NCBI GenBank assembly: GCA_050012675.1
Contig: JBEKGS010000001.1
Span: forward strand, 733-64,732
DNA: 64,000 nt
Direction of reading: 5' to 3'
Source of the DNA: Acidimicrobiales bacterium
Lineage (GTDB): Bacteria; Actinomycetota; Acidimicrobiia; Acidimicrobiales; Bog-793
Shown: piece by piece, positions 15,497 through 24,867 of the stretch
Numbering within the stretch: the stretch's first letter is position 1
Layout: each line of letters starts with the position of its first letter
Position numbers and translations under genes: made by a program
Notes under the pieces: generated by a model
What the model was told of the DNA's origin: nothing
What the model saw: the letters and a program-made list of their open reading frames with translations, nothing else
The model's database searches: none

Positions 15497-16497
15497 GCAA
15501 GACGGCGACGTCGCTTCTCGAGGTGCGTGACCTGGCGGTTCACTTTCGCGTGCGAAAGGGTCTCGCGGCCTCGCGCGCTGTGAAGGCCGTCGACGGAGTC
15601 TCCTTCGACCTGATGGCCGGCCACACGCTCGGTATCGCCGGTGAGTCCGGCTCAGGCAAGAGCACTGTCGCCCGCACGCTCGTGCGCATCGTCCGTCCCA
15701 CTGGCGGAACAATCGCCTTTGACGGTGCCGAGGTGGCGAACCTGCGGGGCCAGCCACTCAAGCGGTACCGGCGTCGGATGCAGATGATCTACCAGGACCC
15801 CTATGACTCTCTTGACCCGCGTATGTCGGTGCTCGAGGTCATCGGCGAGGCCCTGACGGTGCGCGGACTACCGAAGAATCAGCACACAGGCGAGGTTGAG
15901 CGGCTCCTCGGCCGTGTCAACTTGCCCGTCTCGGTCGCCACACGCTTCCCGGGACAGCTCTCGGGCGGTCAACGCCAGCGCGTGTCGATCGCTCGGGCTC
16001 TTGCGGTGAACCCTGAGATCATCATCTGCGATGAAGCCGTAGCCGCACTCGACGTCTCGATCCGCGCGCAGATCCTGAATCTGTTGAAGGACATCCAGCG
16101 CGACACCGGTGTGGGCTATCTCTTCATCTCGCACGACCTGTCGACGCTGCGCTTCATGGCGCATCGTGTCGCCATCATGTACGTCGGGCGAGTCGTCGAG
16201 TACGGCACCAGCGAGGAGGTCTTGACCAATCCGCTGCACCCCTACACCAAGGCCCTCATCGCTGCGGTGCCGAGTGTCACCTCGCGGGGGCGACTCCGCC
16301 TCAAGTTGCGGGGAGAGCCCCCGGACCCGGGCGATCCGCCCTCAGGCTGTCCCTTCCATCCGCGTTGCCCTGAGGCGATCGACGAGTGCCGCCGTGTGCG
16401 CCCCGACCTGGTCGCCGTCCCCGGGGGCCAGTCGGTGGCATGCCATGTGGTGTTCCGTTCGCGCCCGAGCGTGCAAGCCCCAGGGTGGCCGGCGTGA
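15493..16497 (+). CDS. ABC transporter ATP-binding protein (DppF/OppF-like)
   Basis: Walker A GESGSGKS, signature LSGGQRQR and the C-terminal GCPFHPRCP motif are present. It overlaps the upstream gene by 4 nt. Confidence 0.9.
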   Translation: MSKTATSLLEVRDLAVHFRVRKGLAASRAVKAVDGVSFDLMAGHTLGIAGESGSGKSTVARTLVRIVRPTGGTIAFDGAEVANLRGQPLKRYRRRMQMIYQDPYDSLDPRMSVLEVIGEALTVRGLPKNQHTGEVERLLGRVNLPVSVATRFPGQLSGGQRQRVSIARALAVNPEIIICDEAVAALDVSIRAQILNLLKDIQRDTGVGYLFISHDLSTLRFMAHRVAIMYVGRVVEYGTSEEVLTNPLHPYTKALIAAVPSVTSRGRLRLKLRGEPPDPGDPPSGCPFHPRCPEAIDECRRVRPDLVAVPGGQSVACHVVFRSRPSVQAPGWPA

Positions 16498-17426
16498 TCA
16501 ACCTGCCCGAGAACGAGATCGTCCCTGACTTGGTCGGCATCGAGCCCGTCGTGCTCAGCCAACCCAACTTCTGGAGCCGAGCCGGCAAGAGCCTGTTGCA
16601 CGACCCCGTTGCGCTGTGCTCGGTGCTATTCATCTTGCTGCTCGTGGTCGTCGCGGTGTTCGCGCCGTGGATCGCGCCCTACAACCCGTTGCGTGAGTTC
16701 GCCAACGGCCTCTCGGAGGTGGGCGCGCCGGTGGCACCGAACAGTCACTTCCTCCTCGGCACCGACGAGGCCGGTCGCGACGTGCTTTCGCGTCTGATTT
16801 TCGGCGCGCGGGTTTCGCTATTGGTTGGCGTGGTCGCGACCGCCCTCGCCTCGACGATCGGTGTGCTGATCGGAGCCGTCGCCGGCTACGTCGGCGGGGT
16901 CACCGAGTCGGTTCTCATGCGTTTCACCGACATGGTGCTGTCGTTCCCGATTCTGCTCTTCTGTGTGGCCCTGATCGCGGTAACGGGCCCGAGCACTCGC
17001 AACGTGGTCCTCGTCATCGCCTTCGCGTACTGGACTTACCTGGCGCGTGTGGTGCGCGGCCAGGTGCTCTCGCTCAAAGAGCGCGAGTTCGTCACCGCAG
17101 CGCGCACGCTCGGCGTCGGGCACTTCAAGATCATCTTCAAACACGTCATGCCCCACCTGATGCCGACGATCATCGTCTACGGCACCCTCGGGGTTGCGAC
17201 GTCGATCCTCATTGAGGCCTCCCTCTCCTTTCTTGGCATCGGGGTGCCTCTGCCCCAGGCTTCGTGGGGCGGGATGATCTCCGAGGGGCAGCAGTACTTC
17301 CAGACTGCGCCGTGGCTTCTGATCGCGCCTGGCGTGGCGCTGATCCTGACGGTGCTCTCGATCAATCTGGCGGGCGACTGGCTGACCGATGTGCTGGACG
17401 CGACGAGGCGGGAGATCGGGCGATGA
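16494..17426 (+). CDS. ABC transporter permease (DppC/OppC-like)
   Basis: The GTG at 16494 forms a GTGA overlap with the upstream stop. The N-terminal OppC_N-like block FWSRAGKSLLHDPVAL is followed by six transmembrane segments. Confidence 0.9.
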   Translation: MINLPENEIVPDLVGIEPVVLSQPNFWSRAGKSLLHDPVALCSVLFILLLVVVAVFAPWIAPYNPLREFANGLSEVGAPVAPNSHFLLGTDEAGRDVLSRLIFGARVSLLVGVVATALASTIGVLIGAVAGYVGGVTESVLMRFTDMVLSFPILLFCVALIAVTGPSTRNVVLVIAFAYWTYLARVVRGQVLSLKEREFVTAARTLGVGHFKIIFKHVMPHLMPTIIVYGTLGVATSILIEASLSFLGIGVPLPQASWGGMISEGQQYFQTAPWLLIAPGVALILTVLSINLAGDWLTDVLDATRREIGR

Positions 17427-18361
17427 TCGGGTGGCTCGTCCGACGGTTCCTGCAGATGCTGCTGGTGGTTTTCGGCGTCGTGTCGCTTGCTTTCGTCTTC
17501 GCCTTCCTTGTGCCGGCCAATCCCGCCCGTATGGTTGCGGGTCCTCAGGCAAGCCCCGTGGCGGTCGCCTCCATTGCCCGCCAACTCGGCCTCGACCGCT
17601 CTGTATGGTCGCAGTACCTGAGTTTTCTTGCCCGTCTGGCTCACGGCAACCTCGGGGTCTCCTTCGTCCTCGAGGGTCGCACCGTGGCCAGCGAGATCTG
17701 GGGGGCGCTGCCCTACACGGCTTTTTTGGCGCTCGGCGGAGTCATCTGGGAGATCGTGCTCGGTGTCCCCACGGGCATCATCGCCGCCTACAGGCCACGC
17801 AGCCTCATCGACCGCGCGACCACCCTCGGCGCGCTCTTCGGGCTTTCCGCTCCACCGTTCTGGCTGGGACTGATGCTGATCTACTTCCTCGCCTACAAGG
17901 TCTCGCTCTTTCCGCTCAACGGCGTGGGTCACCCTCTCATCTGGTACATGGTCCTGCCGAGCTTCACCCTCGGGGTCGGCGGGGCGGCCTTCTACTCACG
18001 CATGGTGCGCACCACGATGCTCCAGGTTCTGCGCTCGCCGTTCATCGAGTTCGTCCGCCTGAAGGGCATGCCGGAACGCACCATCCTTTTCCGCCACGTG
18101 TTGCGTCACGCCTTGACCCCGGTCGTCACGATGCTCGGGATGGACCTGGGATATTTCCTGGGCGGGGTTCTCATCATCGAGTCGATCTTCGGGATTCCCG
18201 GAGTGGGCCAACTGGCCTACAACTCCATCTCCACCCTTGACATCCCGATGATCACGGGCACCGTGCTGGTGGCGGCCGTGTTCATGGTGGTCATGAGCTT
18301 CATCGTCGATGTGACCTACACCTTCATCGACCCGCGCGTGAGGTTGAGCCGTGCCAAGTGA
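17423..18361 (+). CDS. ABC transporter permease (DppB/OppB-like)
   Basis: The ATG at 17423 forms an ATGA overlap. The N-terminus MIGWLVRRFLQMLLVVFGVVSLAFVF is typical of DppB. Confidence 0.9.
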   Translation: MIGWLVRRFLQMLLVVFGVVSLAFVFAFLVPANPARMVAGPQASPVAVASIARQLGLDRSVWSQYLSFLARLAHGNLGVSFVLEGRTVASEIWGALPYTAFLALGGVIWEIVLGVPTGIIAAYRPRSLIDRATTLGALFGLSAPPFWLGLMLIYFLAYKVSLFPLNGVGHPLIWYMVLPSFTLGVGGAAFYSRMVRTTMLQVLRSPFIEFVRLKGMPERTILFRHVLRHALTPVVTMLGMDLGYFLGGVLIIESIFGIPGVGQLAYNSISTLDIPMITGTVLVAAVFMVVMSFIVDVTYTFIDPRVRLSRAK

Positions 18362-18463
18362 CACCGGCCCGTGCGGTCACCCTCGCTCTTCTGGGCGCCC
18401 CACGGCGCTGATCCCTCGACAACTGATCTGTCCACGCTGGTGGTGCAGGAAGGAGCAATGAAA

Positions 18464-19594
18464 ATGAGCAAGAAGGAAGTCCGGGTCGCAGTCATCGGAG
18501 CCGGCCGATGGGCCGAGCGCGCGCACATCCCTGGATGGCAGCGCGACGAACGTGTCGAGGTGGCCGCCGTCGTTGACGTCAACCCGGCGCTCGTCAAAGA
18601 GACGGCTGATCGTTTCGGCATCGCTCGCGCGGTGAGCGACTACCGCGACGTGCTCGACGACCCAAACATCGACGTCGTGGACGTGACCACGGGCAACGAC
18701 ACGCATTTTGAGATCTCGTGGGCTTCCCTAGAGGCCGGCAAGCACGTGCTTTGTGAAAAGCCGGTGCACCACGACGCGCGCGAGACCTCGCGCGCCGCGG
18801 CTCTGGCCGAGGCGAAGGGCCTGAAGACCAAGCTCGGCTTCACGTTCCGCTATGCGCCGGCGATCCAGTACGCCAAGGACCTGATCGACGAGGGCTTCGT
18901 CGGCGTGCCCTACATCTTCAACGGCTACGAGCAGAACAGCCAGTGGATCGACCCGTCGACGCCGCTTCGCCAGGCCGAGGACGCTCCCGGAGACGACAAC
19001 GAGATCGCAGTCTCATCCATCGAGGGCTATGGCGCGCCGACCATCGACATAATGCACTGGTGGGTCAAGAGCCGAATCACCAACGTCGTGGGCACGATGC
19101 GCAACTTCGTTCCCGAGCGTGTCCTGCGCTCGAGCGGGAAGATGGAGCGGATCAATATCGACGACGGCGACATGTGGATCTGCGAGTTCGAGGACGACGT
19201 CATCGCCTCTATGCAGTCGTCCTACGTCACGGTGGGCAACTACCCGGGCATCGAGGTGCGCCTGTACGGATCTGAGGGTGCCGTGATAGTCCGCCTGGTC
19301 GAGGAGTTCGGCATCTGCCAGACCATCAAGACGGCCACAAAGAACTCGGTGGAGTTCGTCGAGCGGGAGATCCCCGAGCGCTACTTCCCGAGCGGCGGAA
19401 CCAGCCGGGAGCAGTGGCCTTCGCTGTTCTACTCGAACCTGATAGGCAACTTCGTCGACGAGATTGTCGGACAGGCGCCCGAGGCTCAGGGAGACTTCGC
19501 CCAGGGCGCGCTGGTCCAGCGAACCATCAACGCCTTCGAGCGCTCGTTCCGACAGCGGCGCTGGGTGCATTTCAGCGAGGTCGAGGGTGCCTGA
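18464..19594 (+). CDS. Gfo/Idh/MocA family oxidoreductase
   Basis: The Rossmann N-terminus VRVAVIGAGRWAERAHIPGW and the EKP motif in VLCEKPV are present. The ATG at 18464 lies 8 nt after AAGGAG. An alternative ATG at 18458 is possible. Confidence 0.85.
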   Translation: MSKKEVRVAVIGAGRWAERAHIPGWQRDERVEVAAVVDVNPALVKETADRFGIARAVSDYRDVLDDPNIDVVDVTTGNDTHFEISWASLEAGKHVLCEKPVHHDARETSRAAALAEAKGLKTKLGFTFRYAPAIQYAKDLIDEGFVGVPYIFNGYEQNSQWIDPSTPLRQAEDAPGDDNEIAVSSIEGYGAPTIDIMHWWVKSRITNVVGTMRNFVPERVLRSSGKMERINIDDGDMWICEFEDDVIASMQSSYVTVGNYPGIEVRLYGSEGAVIVRLVEEFGICQTIKTATKNSVEFVEREIPERYFPSGGTSREQWPSLFYSNLIGNFVDEIVGQAPEAQGDFAQGALVQRTINAFERSFRQRRWVHFSEVEGA

Positions 19595-21080
19595 AACGAC
19601 TCTGCTGGCCGCCCACCAGTGGGGCGAGCTGGACCGGGCCTCGGCGATGCCGCTTTTGCGTGGCGTCGTCGCCGAGGCTGAGACCGCCGGTGCGGAGTTC
19701 TGCGACGTCCGCCTCTCTGAGACCGAGGAGCTGCGCCTTTACGCCGTCTCCGAACAGGCGCCCGACGAGCGTCTCGAGAGCCACGCGGGCATCGGAGCAC
19801 GGGTGCTGGTGGACGGCGTGTGGGGCTTCGCCTCCGAGCCGCTACGTGACGATGACGACGCCCGTCTTGTGGCGCGCGCGGCAATCGCCAACGCGCGTGC
19901 CGCAAGTGAGGTCGCCGGCGCGCGGGTGACGCTTCCCCCGCGTGAAGCTGAGCTCGGTCTCTACCAGACTGACGTCGACATCGACCCGTTCCTCGTCAGC
20001 CCAGCTGAGCGGGAGCAGCTTGTCGTTGAGACGATGCGCGCCGCGGGCGGCCAACGCGGCGTCGTGCGCGTGCAGGCGGGGGTGAACGCCAAGCGTCAGC
20101 ACCGCTTCTTCGCCAACTCCGAGGGCTCGCTCCAAGAACAGCACTTCGTGGAGTCCGGCGGCATGGTGCTGGCCGTTGCAGCCGACGGTCACCTCGCTCA
20201 GCGACGCAGCTACCCCAATTCCTTCCACGGCAACACCGCTGCCGCCGGCTGGGAGTACGTTCTCGGCCTAGATCTTGTCAACCAGGCCGAGCGCGTCGGC
20301 ATCGAAGCCGTTCAGTTGCTGAGCGCCCCCGTGGTGGCCTCGGGCTACTCCTCGCTGGTGATCGGTCCGGCCCAGATGGCGTTGCAGATCCACGAATCGA
20401 CGGGCCACGCCATTGAGCTCGACCGTATCCTCGGCGACGAGGCCAACTTCGCGGGTCGTTCCTTCATCACCCGGGACGCCGTCGGGAAGCTTCGTTACGG
20501 CTCACCAGCGGTCAACATCGTCGCCGACGCGACTGTGCGTGGGACACGGGGCAGCTTCATGTTCGACGATGAGGGTACTCGCACGGTCCCGACGACCCTG
20601 ATCGGCGAAGGGGTCGTGCGCAACTTTCTTTCGAGCCGGGACAGCGCGGCACGCCAGGGACTCACCTCCTCGGGGGCAGCGCGCTCGGACGGCTGGGCCT
20701 ACCTCCCGTTGTGCTTTGCCACCAACGTCTTTCTCCAGCCCGGCGAGGGTTCGACCGACGAGCTCCTGGAGCGAATGGGCGACGGCTACTACATCGACGA
20801 CAACCGCAGCTGGTCCATCGACTCAATGCGATGGAACTTCCAGTTCGGGACCGAGATCGCCTGGGAGGTCCGTAAGGGCAGGAGAACTCGTCTGGTGCGG
20901 GACTTCTCCTACGGCGGCTTGACGCCGGAATTCTGGGGCTCGGTCGAGGCGTCCGCCGGGCCCGAGGCCTTTCGCACCTTCGGGATGCCCTGTGGCAAGG
21001 GCGAGCCCAAGCAATGGGGCTTTCTCTCTCACGGGGCCGCTCCCACCCTGGTACGCGACGTCAAGATCGGAGTCTCATGA
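19587..21080 (+). CDS. tldD: TldD-type zinc metalloprotease subunit
   Basis: The GTG at 19587 overlaps the upstream gene by 8 nt. The HExxxH motif reads HESTGH (20391-20408). The conserved C-terminus is GMPCGKGEPKQ...APTLV. Confidence 0.85.
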   Translation: MPETTLLAAHQWGELDRASAMPLLRGVVAEAETAGAEFCDVRLSETEELRLYAVSEQAPDERLESHAGIGARVLVDGVWGFASEPLRDDDDARLVARAAIANARAASEVAGARVTLPPREAELGLYQTDVDIDPFLVSPAEREQLVVETMRAAGGQRGVVRVQAGVNAKRQHRFFANSEGSLQEQHFVESGGMVLAVAADGHLAQRRSYPNSFHGNTAAAGWEYVLGLDLVNQAERVGIEAVQLLSAPVVASGYSSLVIGPAQMALQIHESTGHAIELDRILGDEANFAGRSFITRDAVGKLRYGSPAVNIVADATVRGTRGSFMFDDEGTRTVPTTLIGEGVVRNFLSSRDSAARQGLTSSGAARSDGWAYLPLCFATNVFLQPGEGSTDELLERMGDGYYIDDNRSWSIDSMRWNFQFGTEIAWEVRKGRRTRLVRDFSYGGLTPEFWGSVEASAGPEAFRTFGMPCGKGEPKQWGFLSHGAAPTLVRDVKIGVS

Positions 21081-22459
21081 GCCTCGGGACATGGTTCGGG
21101 GCCGACCAGTTGCTCACGACGCTCGAGGCGGCGCTCGCAGGCAGCCCTGCCGACCAGGTGGAGATCTCTGCCACCAGTCGGGTGGGTCACCATACGCGCT
21201 TTGCCGCTGAGCGGATCCACCAGGCACAAACGATCATCGAGTGCCAGGTGTTGGTGCGCGCAGTGGTGGGCACCGGTAGCGCGCGCGTGGCCGTGAACTC
21301 CCTTCATCTGGTGCCGCGTGCCGTTGCCGAGGCCAGCGCCCTGGCACGTTCGCGAGACGGGCTGGAGGGCGCCGAGGTGCCCTATGACGTTGCCGCGGGC
21401 CAGATCGACTGCGACACGACGGGTCTGTGGGTCGAAGCAACGGCCGCCTGGGACGTCGGCGCGCGCTCGCGTCTCGCCGGAATCGTCATGGCCGCGGCTC
21501 AGCAGGCCGGGGGCACGGTGAACGGCACCTTGACGGCGGCTTCGAGCGAGCTCGCGGTCGTGACCAGTCGGGGCGTACGTGCCCACGGGGCGGCCACCGA
21601 GGCAGGTTTCACCATGACTATCCGCTTCGGGGAGGCCTCGTCGTACATCGGTGACCTCTCGCGCGACGCCGGCACCTTGAACGTGCAGCACCGCGCGCTC
21701 GAGGCGATCGCCGCCACGGCGCAGGTGCGCGAGGTGGTTCCCGTGCCCGACGGGGTCCACGACGTCGTCTTCGGACCGCTCGCCGCCGGGGAACTGGTCG
21801 GCTTCGTGCCTGACTTCGGCTTCACGGCCCCGGCCCTCAGAGCTGGCATCGGTCTCGTGGCCCAACACGGTGGCGAAATCGTGGCACCGGAGTTTGTCAC
21901 GATCGCCGATGACGCGCGCGCCGGGGTCGGACTGCCGTTCCCCTTCGACTTCGAGGGCAGTGCCAAGAAGAGCGTTGTGCTCATCGATCGCGGTCGTGTG
22001 GGCGCGGCGGTGAGCGATCGGGCGAGCGCTTCGATGACCGACGGGATGTCGACCGGCCACGCCTCGATCGGCCGAGAGCAATCGCCCGAGCCTGCTTGTG
22101 CCAACCTTGTCATGGCGTCGGGCACTCAGAGCGAGGACGAGCTCGTCGCCGGCATCGAGCGGGGCCTGTACGTGCAGCGTCTTTGGTACAACCGCCTTGT
22201 CGATGCTGAAGCCGGCACCGTCGTTGGCACCAGCCGCGACGCCTGCTTCCTGATCGAGAACGGCAGGCGCACCGAGGCCTTGGCCGGCGGGCGGTTCAAT
22301 GAGAGCATCATCGAGGCGTTACGCCGCACGGACGCGCTGAGCAGCCTGCGCTACAGCCAGCCGATACCGAACCTCTGGAACAGCTGCATCACCGCGCCGG
22401 CCATGCGCGTACGCGGCTTTTGCTTCGGCACGCGCACAAGGAGAGAGGAAGGCTCGTGA
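21077..22459 (+). CDS. pmbA: PmbA/TldE-type protease partner subunit (no HExxxH)
   Basis: The start forms an ATGA overlap with tldD. PmbA_TldD family blocks include GLYVQRLWYNRLVD and ITAPAMRVRGF. Confidence 0.85.
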   Translation: MSLGTWFGADQLLTTLEAALAGSPADQVEISATSRVGHHTRFAAERIHQAQTIIECQVLVRAVVGTGSARVAVNSLHLVPRAVAEASALARSRDGLEGAEVPYDVAAGQIDCDTTGLWVEATAAWDVGARSRLAGIVMAAAQQAGGTVNGTLTAASSELAVVTSRGVRAHGAATEAGFTMTIRFGEASSYIGDLSRDAGTLNVQHRALEAIAATAQVREVVPVPDGVHDVVFGPLAAGELVGFVPDFGFTAPALRAGIGLVAQHGGEIVAPEFVTIADDARAGVGLPFPFDFEGSAKKSVVLIDRGRVGAAVSDRASASMTDGMSTGHASIGREQSPEPACANLVMASGTQSEDELVAGIERGLYVQRLWYNRLVDAEAGTVVGTSRDACFLIENGRRTEALAGGRFNESIIEALRRTDALSSLRYSQPIPNLWNSCITAPAMRVRGFCFGTRTRREEGS

Positions 22460-23337
22460 ACGTCGCCAGCAACGTTGACCGCCTCTTGACCCAGGTGCTC
22501 GCCGGCGAGGTCTGGCCGCCCCTCGCGGACCGTAACGGTTTTCGGATCGACCCGGAGGGGCGAGCCTTTTTTCTGCCCGGCATGGGCGGGGTCACTCTCG
22601 ACGTGCACGTCGGCGATCCGGCGACTGGTTACGCCGGCGACCACGTCGAGCCCGGGCTCTCGGTACGTCACCGCGACCCGGCTGCCAACTACGCCCTCCA
22701 GTACCTGAGTTGTATCGGCAATCGTGTCGAGGTGACGTCGGGACCTGCCAAAGGCGCCGCCGGCTTCGTTATCGGTCAGCATGCCTACGTGCTTGTGGAC
22801 ATGGACAGTGATGACATGCGCCATGTCACCGCGGGAGACCAGGTCAGCGTCTTTGCCGTGGGACAAGGTCTTGTTCTTCACGACCACCCCGAGGTGGTGG
22901 TGAAGAACTGTTCGCCGGCGCTGTTGGCGGCACTCCAGGCAGGCACGACTTCGACGGGCCAACTGGAGGTTCATGTCAGCGCCGTTGTCCCGCCAGAGGC
23001 GATCGGCGCCGGGGCCGGAATGGCTTCGGAGTACGCCAACACCGACCTGATGGGCGCCTATGCAGGAATGGGCGAGGATCTCTCGCTCGGACTGGAGGTC
23101 CTGCGCGTCGGTGACGTGGTGGCGCTCACGGACCAAGACCACCGGTTCGGTAGGGGCTACCGTGAGAACTGGACGACCGTCGGCGTCATCTCGACTGCGA
23201 GCTGCCTGCTCTACGGCCACGGGCCCGGTCCCTCTTCGATCATGAGCGGTCCGGCCGGTGCCTTCAAGGTCGTCATTGATGATTCGGCGAATCTGAGCTC
23301 TTTCAACCTCGGACAACCAAGGGGCACCCGTGAGTGA
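22456..23337 (+). CDS. uncharacterised protein, paralog A (recalled as DUF4438-like; unverified)
   Basis: The start forms a GTGA overlap with pmbA. Motifs shared with the next gene are GDHxxPG, C(I/L)GNRVxV, GDQV, GQG, GD(V/L)VA(L/I)xDxD, GYRxNWxxVGV and GHGPG. Confidence 0.7.
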   Translation: MNVASNVDRLLTQVLAGEVWPPLADRNGFRIDPEGRAFFLPGMGGVTLDVHVGDPATGYAGDHVEPGLSVRHRDPAANYALQYLSCIGNRVEVTSGPAKGAAGFVIGQHAYVLVDMDSDDMRHVTAGDQVSVFAVGQGLVLHDHPEVVVKNCSPALLAALQAGTTSTGQLEVHVSAVVPPEAIGAGAGMASEYANTDLMGAYAGMGEDLSLGLEVLRVGDVVALTDQDHRFGRGYRENWTTVGVISTASCLLYGHGPGPSSIMSGPAGAFKVVIDDSANLSSFNLGQPRGTRE

Positions 23338-24202
23338 GGTCAAGGTGGTCAGAGTCAACCTGCTGGGCCACGTGGACCAGGGCGAGGTCGGCACCGAGCC
23401 CTACCGTGTGGATCGCGACGGGCGGTCCTACGTGGCCGTCGGCGACGGCGGCACGGTGCTCGGACTGCGACTCGGGGAGAGCGTTTTTCGCCATGTCGGC
23501 GACCACGCCGCGCCCGGCGTCTGTCTCGTGCACCCGAGCGACGACGCCCGCCATGCCCTTGTGGGCCTGGCCTGTCTCGGCAATCGGGTCACCGTCCGTA
23601 CCGGCCACGCGTTCGGCCATGTCGGAAGCGTGCTCGGCAAGCGCGGCGGCGGCCAGCGAGTGATCGCAGTTTTCCCTCAGGATGTTCTCGCCCGCCTACG
23701 GCCGGGCGACCAGGTTGCCCTCTTGAGCTGTGGCCAGGGGGCCGCGGCGCCTGTGCCCGGGCTCACGCAGATGAATGTCGCCCCCGCGGCGCTCTCGCTG
23801 CTCGGGCTCACAGTGCAGGGTGACCGCCTAAAGGTGGGCGTGCGCGCCATGTTGCCGAGCCGCTTTGTGGGCAATGGGATCGGTCGGCCGATGGCGATGT
23901 GGGACGTCGACTTGCAGGTCGACTCTGACACATCAGCGACACGTTCCTTGTGCCTCGGCGATCTCGTGGCCATCAGTGACCTTGACGCTCGCACCAACGC
24001 CGGGTACCGGCGTAACTGGATGAGCGTCGGTGTCGTCGTGCACGGAGCGAGCCCCCAACCGGGACACGGACCGGGCGTTATGGTGGTCCTGAGCGGCCCG
24101 GCGGAGCTCTTCTCGGTGGGCGTCGAAGGTGAGGACCACCAGCCTCTGTCCGAGGAGAGGCTCATTTCTGCCGCGAAAGGCGAGGGACGCGATGATGCCT
24201 GA
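23330..24202 (+). CDS. uncharacterised protein, paralog B of the preceding gene
   Basis: The GTG start overlaps the upstream gene by 8 nt. It has the same motif set as 22456..23337 and a similar length. Confidence 0.7.
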   Translation: MSEVKVVRVNLLGHVDQGEVGTEPYRVDRDGRSYVAVGDGGTVLGLRLGESVFRHVGDHAAPGVCLVHPSDDARHALVGLACLGNRVTVRTGHAFGHVGSVLGKRGGGQRVIAVFPQDVLARLRPGDQVALLSCGQGAAAPVPGLTQMNVAPAALSLLGLTVQGDRLKVGVRAMLPSRFVGNGIGRPMAMWDVDLQVDSDTSATRSLCLGDLVAISDLDARTNAGYRRNWMSVGVVVHGASPQPGHGPGVMVVLSGPAELFSVGVEGEDHQPLSEERLISAAKGEGRDDA

Positions 24203-24860
24203 GATGAGAAGCTCCCCTGGAAGCCTGATCAACCGCGCTTCCCTGCCCGAGGTGGTCCACGACGAACTGCGCCGGCGCATCCTCAACGATGAGCTCGCGG
24301 CCGGCGAACGCTTGTTGGAGTCCAAGATTGCCGAGGAGTTCGGCGTGAGCCGCACCACGTTGCGCTCGGCCCTGCACGACCTGGCGAACGAGAACCTGGT
24401 GAAGATCAGCAAGCGTCGTGGGTGCTTCGTCGCGCGCATGGATGCTGCGGAGATCCAAGACACGTGCTTCGCTCGGTTCCTCCTCGAGGCCGGGGCCGCC
24501 TGCGACAAGCTGAACTGGATCACCCCCGAGGCGCTCGATGAGCTCGAGGCCCACGTGCAGGAGATGAAACAGGCCGCGATAGTGGGCGATATGGCGGCGA
24601 TCGTCGATGCGGACACCGATTTCCACGGGCGCATCGTCTCGGCCGGAGAACGCCTACGCGTGCGCGATCTCTGGCACATGCTCGACGGGCAGATGGGCGC
24701 GTTGATGCGCTCGTCGTTCGAGCAGCAGGGCATCAACATGGACGATCTCGTCAAACGCCACGTCGATGTGATCGAGGCGTTGCGCTCGCGCAACGCGAAG
24801 GTGATCAGAGAGGCGATAAAGGACCACTACCTCGAGCGCCACATGCTCGACGGGGACTAG
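24192..24860 (+). CDS. GntR family transcriptional regulator (FadR/FCD subfamily)
   Basis: The HTH block LLESKIAEEFGVSRTTLRSALHDLANENLV is followed by an FCD-like helical domain containing DTDFHGRIV. The ATG at 24192 overlaps the upstream gene. Alternative starts are 24195 and 24204. Confidence 0.85.
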   Translation: MMPEMRSSPGSLINRASLPEVVHDELRRRILNDELAAGERLLESKIAEEFGVSRTTLRSALHDLANENLVKISKRRGCFVARMDAAEIQDTCFARFLLEAGAACDKLNWITPEALDELEAHVQEMKQAAIVGDMAAIVDADTDFHGRIVSAGERLRVRDLWHMLDGQMGALMRSSFEQQGINMDDLVKRHVDVIEALRSRNAKVIREAIKDHYLERHMLDGD

Positions 24861-24867
24861 CGCATAG

